NCBI GenBank assembly: GCA_964490875.1
Contig: CAZBEF010000007.1
Location: forward strand, 5,241-69,240
Direction of reading: 5' to 3'
DNA length: 64,000 bases
Source of the DNA: an uncultured Gammaproteobacteria bacterium
GTDB lineage: Bacteria; Patescibacteriota; Microgenomatia; UBA1406; GWC2-37-13
Shown one piece after another: positions 58,057 to 63,433 of this stretch (its first letter is position 1; every line of letters starts with the position of its first letter). A model generated the notes under the pieces. The model was not told where the DNA came from and searched no databases. It worked only from the letters and a program-made list of their open reading frames with translations. Both the position numbers and the translations under genes were made by a program.

Positions 58057-58229
58057 GCCGCAAGCTAAATCGATTAATAACTTATCAAATTATTAAGTGA
58101 GTAGTTTATACTTTGCGAATTAAATGTTATAAGTCTAATTAGCATGATAATTATAGGATTAAATCGAAAATTATATCTGATTTTTCTACTTTATTTTTTC
58201 TTCAAAAATTTGTGTATACTAAAATTCCT

Positions 58230-59024
58230 ATGAAACGGATTCTTATGTGCCCGCCCGACTATTACGACATTGAGTACGAAATAAACCCGTGGATGCATGT
58301 TTCTAATAAAGTGGATCATGTTAAAGTCCGGGAGTCGTACAAAACAATAAAATCCTTGTATCAATCCTTCGGCGTAGAAGTGTACGAGATTCAAGCTGTG
58401 AAAGGCTTGCCCGACATGGTGTATTCTGCGAATTTTGGTCAAGTAGTAGAGAAGAGCTTCATAAAAGCCAATTTTAAATATCCCCAACGCCGTGCAGAGG
58501 CAGATTTTGCCGCCAAATATTTTGTAGAAACATTCGGTTTTAAAACATTGTCATTGCCCAGTGACATTTTTTTTGAAGGCCAGGGCGATTTGTTGAATGA
58601 CGGCAAACGGTATTTTTTCGGATGGGGGAAACGATCGCAAAAAGAAGCCAAACCATATCTTGAAAAATTTTTGGAAGCAGAAGTTATCGACTTTGAACTA
58701 ATTAATCCCTATTATTATCATCTCGACACATGTTTTGCTCCTCTGCGTCCGGATCTGGTGATGATTAATCCGAAATCGTTCAAGCCGGAAGGCATCAAAA
58801 AAGTCTATGAAAGTTTCGCGAATGTGATTGAGACAAATGATGAAGATAACAAATTTTTAGCGTGTAATTTAATACGTGCGGGAAAAAATATCGTTTTTGC
58901 GAAAGGACAATCTAAACCTTTGCGGGAAAAATTGGAAGGACTTGGATATGTTCTTCATGAAGTTGAAATGGACGAATATATAAAAGGCGGGGGGAGTGTG
59001 AAGTGTGTGAGTTTTGAATTCTAA
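58230..59024 (+). CDS. amidinotransferase/DDAH-family (guanidino-group-modifying enzyme superfamily) protein
   Basis: N-terminus ILMCPPDYYDIEYEINPWM and C-terminus GGGSVKCVSFEF (catalytic-Cys context) are typical of this superfamily. The ATG at 58230 is preferred over the GTG track start. Confidence 0.65.
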   Translation: MKRILMCPPDYYDIEYEINPWMHVSNKVDHVKVRESYKTIKSLYQSFGVEVYEIQAVKGLPDMVYSANFGQVVEKSFIKANFKYPQRRAEADFAAKYFVETFGFKTLSLPSDIFFEGQGDLLNDGKRYFFGWGKRSQKEAKPYLEKFLEAEVIDFELINPYYYHLDTCFAPLRPDLVMINPKSFKPEGIKKVYESFANVIETNDEDNKFLACNLIRAGKNIVFAKGQSKPLREKLEGLGYVLHEVEMDEYIKGGGSVKCVSFEF

Positions 59025-59025
59025 T

Positions 59026-59511
59026 TTATCTTCTTGAGTTGCCGCTTCTTCTTCGGGCAGCTTCTAGATCGGCTTGTACTTGTTGTTCATACATATCAAT
59101 TGCTGGAGTTGTTAATATCTGTTGGGTTTCTTTATCTTTTCTTGTTGGTGTACTTTTTAGAAACGCTATAAATTCTGCCTGATCTGGATGCACTAGTGCA
59201 AGCTCCTGTATTATTTCATCCGCATTTGGCTGGCCGGTAATTAATCTAACCTTCTTAATTATTGCAAGTCTTGCTTCATGAATATTTTTAGGACCATTTT
59301 GTCTTAATTTTTCTGCATCTATTTGAGTTAAGCTTGCTGATAAAGTTGCAATAGAATCTGTTGCGGGTAAATCAAATCCATGATTTTGAAATGACTGCAT
59401 ACGCATATCTATACCGGTAGCAAGAAATGCTAATTCTGACCGGCTAATTTGCGGGAGTTGTTCTTTTTGTGACACTCCCTCTTGACTTTGTGTTTCTGCG
59501 CCTGTTGACAT
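59026..59511 (-). CDS. hypothetical protein (161 aa)
   Basis: ORF convergent with the previous gene. No domain recognised. Confidence 0.5.
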   Translation of the reverse strand: MSTGAETQSQEGVSQKEQLPQISRSELAFLATGIDMRMQSFQNHGFDLPATDSIATLSASLTQIDAEKLRQNGPKNIHEARLAIIKKVRLITGQPNADEIIQELALVHPDQAEFIAFLKSTPTRKDKETQQILTTPAIDMYEQQVQADLEAARRRSGNSRR

Positions 59512-59617
59512 ACATGTTTATAAATTGATATATGAATATAAAATACGCATACAGTGTGATAATTGAGAGATAGCTGCGAAAGAGTTGTGCAAGAAGGACG
59601 CGCTGTTTCATTTCGCA

Positions 59618-59645
59618 TTGCAATCCATGTATTTCCTGATATACT
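59618..59645 (+). promoter_or_regulatory. candidate promoter TTGCAA-N16-TATACT giving a ~185-nt leader for the RRM gene
   Basis: caTTGCAAtccatgtatttcctgaTATACTtattc. Confidence 0.4.
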
Positions 59646-59836
59646 TATTCAGTATTATCGTGTTTCGTATTGTCGTTAGACATCGGAGCGGAAATTTTTG
59701 ATTTTTGTGAAAGATTTTTTTTCAAGCGTTTCATTGCAAGTCGCATACAATTTATCTTCTTATAAAGCTTCAGGTATCCGTACTTATTTTTCTGCTATTA
59801 ATCGTTTATCAATTCGCTCGAAGGGGGTGAGTGTAC

Positions 59837-60205
59837 ATGAATAAAAAGTTATATGTTGGTAATTTGCTATACGAAGTTACCGACGATGAATTATCTCAGT
59901 TATTTTCCCAAGCAGGTACTGTTACTTCTGCTCAGGTAATCCGATATCAAGACACCGGACGCTCAAAAGGCTTCGGTTTCGTTGAGATGTCAACTGAAGA
60001 AGAAGCTCAGAAAGCAATCGATATGTTTAACGGCCAGGACAATAAAGGCCGCAAACTCGTTGTTTCTGAAGCACGACCTATGCAGCCAAGAACTCCAGGT
60101 GGCGGCGGTGGATACCGACGCGGTGGAGACCGAGGTGGTCGCGGTGGTTATGGTGACCGTGGCGGCCGAGGCGGCGATATGGGTGGAGATATGGGAAATA
60201 TGTAA
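59837..60205 (+). CDS. RRM-type glycine-rich RNA-binding protein
   Basis: RNP2 LYVGNL, RNP1 KGFGFVEM and a RGG/GGY-rich tail. SD GGGGGTGA lies upstream of the ATG at 59837. A terminator follows. Confidence 0.9.
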   Translation: MNKKLYVGNLLYEVTDDELSQLFSQAGTVTSAQVIRYQDTGRSKGFGFVEMSTEEEAQKAIDMFNGQDNKGRKLVVSEARPMQPRTPGGGGGYRRGGDRGGRGGYGDRGGRGGDMGGDMGNM

Positions 60206-60230
60206 AAACTATTTCGCATTAGAAATAAAA

Positions 60231-60272
60231 AACGGCAGGTATGTTTCGCAAGAAACCCCCTGTCGTTTTTTT
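60231..60272 (+). terminator. intrinsic terminator after the RRM gene
   Basis: ACGGCAGG-N17-CCTGTCGT stem (one G-U pair) followed by TTTTTTT. Confidence 0.7.
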
Positions 60273-60275
60273 ATA

Positions 60276-60671
60276 TGTCATCCTGATCCGCCTTTGGCGG
60301 AGAAGGATCCAGTAAAATAAAGTATGCCTTCAAAGAACTACTTTGTATATATCCTTGCAAGTAAAAGAAATGGAACTCTATATATTGGAGTAACATCAGA
60401 TCTTATTAAACGTGCATGGGAACACAAGAATTCTATAGTAGAAGGATTTACTAAGAAGTACAAAATAGATCTCCTGGTATATTATGAACAATTTATAGAC
60501 GTAAATCAGGCAATAGCTCGAGAGAAGTATCTTAAAGGAAAAAATAGAAAATTTAAGTTAGGTCTTGTTGAAGAAAAAAATTCTCAATGGGAAGATTTAT
60601 ATGATAAGTTAATTTAATAATTCTGGATTCTTTGCTTCGCCAAGTCAGACTTGGCTTCGCTCAGAATGACA
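60276..60671 (+). mobile_element. family B arms bracketing the GIY-YIG gene (candidate full-length/autonomous element, 396 bp)
   Basis: Left arm 60276-60312 is tgtcatcctgatccgcctttggcggagaaggatccag. Right arm 60623-60671 is ctggattctttgcttcgccaagtcagacttggcttcgctcagaatgaca. The arm termini are the same as in the 85-bp copy in tgt. The CDS fills the interior, with spacers of 11 nt and 5 nt. Confidence 0.65.
60324..60617 (+). CDS. small GIY-YIG nuclease superfamily protein (97 aa)
   Basis: YFVYILASKRNGTLYIGVTSDLIKRAWEHK..GFTKKY..LVYYE..AIAREKYLK matches the short GIY-YIG (COG2827-like) pattern. It is bracketed by inverted repeat arms. Confidence 0.85.
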   Translation: MPSKNYFVYILASKRNGTLYIGVTSDLIKRAWEHKNSIVEGFTKKYKIDLLVYYEQFIDVNQAIAREKYLKGKNRKFKLGLVEEKNSQWEDLYDKLI

Positions 60672-60676
60672 AAGCA

Positions 60677-60713
60677 TGTCATCCTGAGGGAACGAAGTGA
60701 CTGAAGGATCCAG
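60677..60713. mobile_element. additional solo left arm of family B abutting the tgt stop codon
   Basis: tgtcatcctgagggaacgaagtgactgaaggatccag. It ends 2 nt before the tgt stop (60716-60718). Confidence 0.6.
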
Positions 60714-60715
60714 AA

Positions 60716-62068
60716 TCAATAATACCGCAGATATTCGGCCTTTAATTCTCCGAACCGGTTTACGGGAATTGCCTGCCGGATTTCTTCCATTAAATCGGCG
60801 AAGAATTGAATGTTGTGAACTGTTGCATAGAAAAATGAGCGCGGATCTTTCTGCAGAAATAATTCGTACAATTGCTGCCCCGTGATTTTTTGACTGCATG
60901 CGATACACTTACAATCTATTGCGATCGGTTCATTTTGCGTCTTTATTTTCTTGACGGCAATTCTTCCCCGTTTGGTATACAGCATTTTATGCCGAGCTTC
61001 GCGGGTAGGAATAACGCAGTCAAACAGGTCGACGCCGCGTTCAACACCTTCAAAAATGTCGTCTACTTGTCCGATTCCCAGCAAATGTCTTGGTTTCTCG
61101 TTAGGCAGATGGGGCATAATCCATTCCAGAACCTGATGCATATTTTTTTTGCTGTCGCCAAAGCTGTTGCCGAAACTGCCGCCGATTCCAAAACCGGGAA
61201 CGTCGTGTTTGGCACACAGTTTGGCGGATTTTATTCGCAAGTCCTGCCATTCACTGCCTTGGACGATGGCAAATAATGCTTGGGGATTTTTCGTCATTGG
61301 TATTTGTTTGTCATCCTGATCCCGATAGCCATCGGGAGAAGGATCCAGGGCATTAACGTTTATTCTGGATTCTTCGCTTCGCTCAGAATGACAAGAGAGA
61401 AGTTTATGTTTTGTGATACACCTTTCCAGCCAGCGGTCCGTTAATTCAACCGATTTAGAAACGTATTCTTTCGAATTGAACGGCGAAGTGCATTCATCGA
61501 AGGCAAACATTATATCGGCGCCAATCTGGTGCTGCAGTTCCATAGAAAGTTCCGGTGTCAGCGTTCTTTCTTCATCACTTGCCCCGTCGAAGTCCCGACC
61601 GGAGGTAGGGGACGAAGAGGGGTTCCAGCGAAAAGTAACTCCTTCTTCGGTAATAATCAGTGGATTATCGTCATCGTGACTTGTTACAGTAGAAGAATCG
61701 GGCTTAGCAAGTTTGCCAACCTTATGTGTTTTTCCAAATCCTAAAGAAAATACTTGGAATCCTCCTGAATCGGAAGCGACTATACCTGGGAAACCACCAT
61801 ATTCATGAACAGTCTTCGGACTTCGGACTTGTTTCTTCGGACTATCATGAATTTTTTCAATAATATTTTTCGTCCAAATGTGGAAGGTGTTTACTATGCT
61901 GTAGTTTAAGGGGAGTGTATGCGTTACACCAGGGGGAATGCCTTTTATTTGGCCTTCGGTGCCGACAATGGCAAGGGAAGGTGTGTGGAGTGTTCCGTGC
62001 GGTGTTTTGAATTCTCCAGTGCGCGCTTTAGTTTTGGCGTCCTGTGCAGTTAGTTTATATTCGAACAT
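60716..62068 (-). CDS. tgt: queuine tRNA-ribosyltransferase (tRNA-guanine transglycosylase) carrying in-frame repeat insertions
   Basis: TPHGTLHTPSLAIVGT, SDSGGFQVFSL, FDECTS, FAIVQGS, GFGIGG, LFDCVIPTR, zinc site CKCIAC..H and VHNIQFF. At 450 aa it is longer than the roughly 375 aa typical of bacterial Tgt. Confidence 0.9.
   Translation of the reverse strand: MFEYKLTAQDAKTKARTGEFKTPHGTLHTPSLAIVGTEGQIKGIPPGVTHTLPLNYSIVNTFHIWTKNIIEKIHDSPKKQVRSPKTVHEYGGFPGIVASDSGGFQVFSLGFGKTHKVGKLAKPDSSTVTSHDDDNPLIITEEGVTFRWNPSSSPTSGRDFDGASDEERTLTPELSMELQHQIGADIMFAFDECTSPFNSKEYVSKSVELTDRWLERCITKHKLLSCHSERSEESRINVNALDPSPDGYRDQDDKQIPMTKNPQALFAIVQGSEWQDLRIKSAKLCAKHDVPGFGIGGSFGNSFGDSKKNMHQVLEWIMPHLPNEKPRHLLGIGQVDDIFEGVERGVDLFDCVIPTREARHKMLYTKRGRIAVKKIKTQNEPIAIDCKCIACSQKITGQQLYELFLQKDPRSFFYATVHNIQFFADLMEEIRQAIPVNRFGELKAEYLRYY
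61309..61393. mobile_element. family B MITE (85 bp) inserted in-frame in tgt
   Basis: tgtcatcctgatcccgatagccatcgggagaaggatccag + ggcattaacgtttatt + ctggattcttcgcttcgctcagaatgaca. On the coding strand it reads SCHSERSEESRINVNALDPSPDGYRDQDDK. Compared with the arm at 60276, the inner hairpin shows compensatory changes (CCGCC/GGCGG versus CCCGAT/ATCGGG). Confidence 0.8.
61813..61843 (-). repeat. (AGTCCGA)n heptamer array in-frame in tgt
   Basis: The reverse complement agtccga agaaaca agtccga agtccga encodes SPKKQVRSPKT. Confidence 0.8.
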
Positions 62069-62076
62069 ACAGGTAG

Positions 62077-62082
62077 ATTATA
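62077..62082 (-). promoter_or_regulatory. -10 box TATAAT, 8 nt upstream of the tgt ATG
   Basis: Minus strand: gcTATAATctacctgtATG. Confidence 0.45.
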
Positions 62083-62124
62083 GCATTGGACAACGGACTA
62101 TTGATTCATCTGTTTAGTTACTAT

Positions 62125-62463
62125 TTAAAAGTTACATCCTTGTGGACATTTATGATCTGTGTGATCTGGTCTGTCAGTTACTGTGCAATATTCAAGATGT
62201 GGTTTACAAATTGCTCCACATACTACAGACGCAGCGTCCACATTGCGATGCGAATAGTTCATGAATAAACCATTCTTTATGGTTGGCGTTGGTACTTGAT
62301 TTTTTGAAATAGTTGTAACTAGTGCTACCAATAATTTCCCTATGTCAATAGCTCCAACAGGGATTCTTCTTTCATTCGTGATTACTGCTCCACCGGCCTG
62401 ATTAACTGGTTTTTCTTGAGTAGTAGCTGACTGTGTTATTTGTAATAATTCGCATGGAGGCAT
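62125..62463 (-). CDS. hypothetical small protein with Cys-rich C-terminus
   Basis: 112-aa ORF with the C-terminus CGAICKPHLEYC..HKCPQGC. It lies between a duplicated tgt promoter/5' fragment and the intact tgt gene. Confidence 0.4.
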   Translation of the reverse strand: MPPCELLQITQSATTQEKPVNQAGGAVITNERRIPVGAIDIGKLLVALVTTISKNQVPTPTIKNGLFMNYSHRNVDAASVVCGAICKPHLEYCTVTDRPDHTDHKCPQGCNF

Positions 62464-62520
62464 GGAATTTAAAAAAATTAGTAATTAATAAATCAGATCA
62501 TATTTTACTATAAGGTGTAA

Positions 62521-62548
62521 TTGAATTCAATTAGTGCTGAGAATGACT
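62521..62548. mobile_element. degenerate solo right arm of family B next to the duplicated tgt 5' fragment
   Basis: ttGAATTCaattagtgctgaGAATgact resembles ctGGATTC...gctcaGAATgaca. Confidence 0.4.
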
Positions 62549-62561
62549 AGGAAAGGATTAT

Positions 62562-62607
62562 GGAGTTCTGTGCAGTTAGTTTGTATTCAAACATTCCGTC
62601 CATTATA
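62562..62607 (-). repeat. duplicated tgt promoter plus first 9-10 codons (remnant)
   Basis: 62562-62594 matches 62036-62068 at 29/33 positions. It reads ATG TTT GAA TAC AAA CTA ACT GCA CAG (MFEYKLTAQ, the tgt N-terminus), then NSIILS-stop. It keeps TGgTATAAT (62602-62610) 7 nt upstream of the ATG. Confidence 0.75.
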
Positions 62608-62621
62608 CCAGGGAGGAAAAG

Positions 62622-62966
62622 TTACCAAGAGTGTGTTCCACAATAATGCATTACACCTTTATGTTCAAAACCAGGCACTCTACACTTTTCATGGCAAATA
62701 TCACAACGAATTGGACATTCGCCATCCGTCTCCATTGTTGTATCTTTACTGTTTTTTGAATGACTTGTAACAGAAATAAGATCCCGACTTTTTTTTATCT
62801 CAGGGGATTTTCTAGTTCCTTCTATCACTACTTTTGGATTCATGAGACTTAATAAAAATAGATGTACGATCATTCGGCCTTTATCTAAAGCAGGATCCTT
62901 TTTTTGTTCTGCAAGCGCAGTTATTTCTTTTGCAGGAAGTTGAGATTGGTTTGATTCAGCTGGCAT
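62622..62966 (-). CDS. hypothetical small protein with Cys/His-rich C-terminus
   Basis: 114-aa ORF with the C-terminus ECPIRCDICHEKC..HYCGTH. A TTGCCA-N16-TGgTACAAT promoter lies 24 nt upstream. Confidence 0.45.
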   Translation of the reverse strand: MPAESNQSQLPAKEITALAEQKKDPALDKGRMIVHLFLLSLMNPKVVIEGTRKSPEIKKSRDLISVTSHSKNSKDTTMETDGECPIRCDICHEKCRVPGFEHKGVMHYCGTHSW

Positions 62967-62990
62967 ATGTTGAAAATGAAATAGATTTAT

Positions 62991-63018
62991 ATTGTACCAA
63001 AGATCCTTGAAATGGCAA
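62991..63018 (-). promoter_or_regulatory. promoter TTGCCA-N16-TGgTACAAT upstream of ORF 62622-62966
   Basis: Minus strand: aaTTGCCAtttcaaggatctttggTACAAT, 24 nt upstream of the ATG. Confidence 0.5.
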
Positions 63019-63042
63019 TTAGAATGTTCTAGTAAGTCAACT

Positions 63043-63088
63043 AATAGAAAAGAATAGAGACCCTCCCGATAGGCGCATCGGGAGGGCC
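63043..63088 (-). terminator. intrinsic terminator after the Cys-rich peptide gene
   Basis: Minus strand: CCCTCCCGAT-gcgcct-ATCGGGAGGG (10-bp perfect stem), then tctctattcttttctatt. Confidence 0.7.
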
Positions 63089-63119
63089 AGTTGCTGCATG
63101 ATTCAGCTAATATCGATGC

Positions 63120-63239
63120 TTAGCACCGACACCAACTGCAAATCACGCAGTATCCGCAGCCAGGGCACGGTTTACAGCCATTAGTACAACGGCCAAGACT
63201 TACCCTTAAGAAGCGGATGCGCTCTTTGCGCTTGTCCAT
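63120..63239 (-). CDS. 39-aa cysteine-rich peptide MDKRKERIRFLRVSLGRCTNGCKPCPGCGYCVICSWCRC
   Basis: Not in the ORF track (shorter than 60 aa). Translated by hand from the minus strand. A strong SD (AAAGGAGGTG) lies 6 nt upstream of the ATG. An intrinsic terminator begins 31 nt after the TAA. Confidence 0.6.
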   Translation of the reverse strand: MDKRKERIRFLRVSLGRCTNGCKPCPGCGYCVICSWCRC

Positions 63240-63420
63240 GGAATTCACCTCCTTTCATAGAGGTGTGATCCCAGGTGACCCTGGAAATGACAAGCGATTT
63301 GTCATTTTGAGCCTCCTGTGCCTCTTCGGCTTCATAATTTTACTCCATAAAGACATTTATAACATACATAACGTTTATGTATAAATTCTTTCTTTCGTGA
63401 TAAATACTGCTGTGTTACAA

Positions 63421-63426
63421 TACAAT
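63421..63426 (+). promoter_or_regulatory. -10 box TACAAT, 7 nt upstream of the leuS ATG
   Basis: gtgttacaaTACAATtactcatATG. A second overlapping TACAAT lies at 63416-63421. Confidence 0.4.
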
Positions 63427-63433
63427 TACTCAT

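Noticed and set aside
60645-60908. ORFs 60645-60908 (-) and 60697-60885 (+)
   Set aside because: They are built from the repeat arms plus the 3' end of tgt. Translations such as HSERSQV are typical read-through of the palindromic element.
63043-63239. The Cys-rich ORF as a ribosome-stalling attenuation leader for downstream genes
   Set aside because: I found no alternative antiterminator pairing with the terminator stem. The next gene has its own good promoter after the terminator, and the downstream genes are not cysteine-related. It is kept as a peptide gene instead, at moderate confidence.
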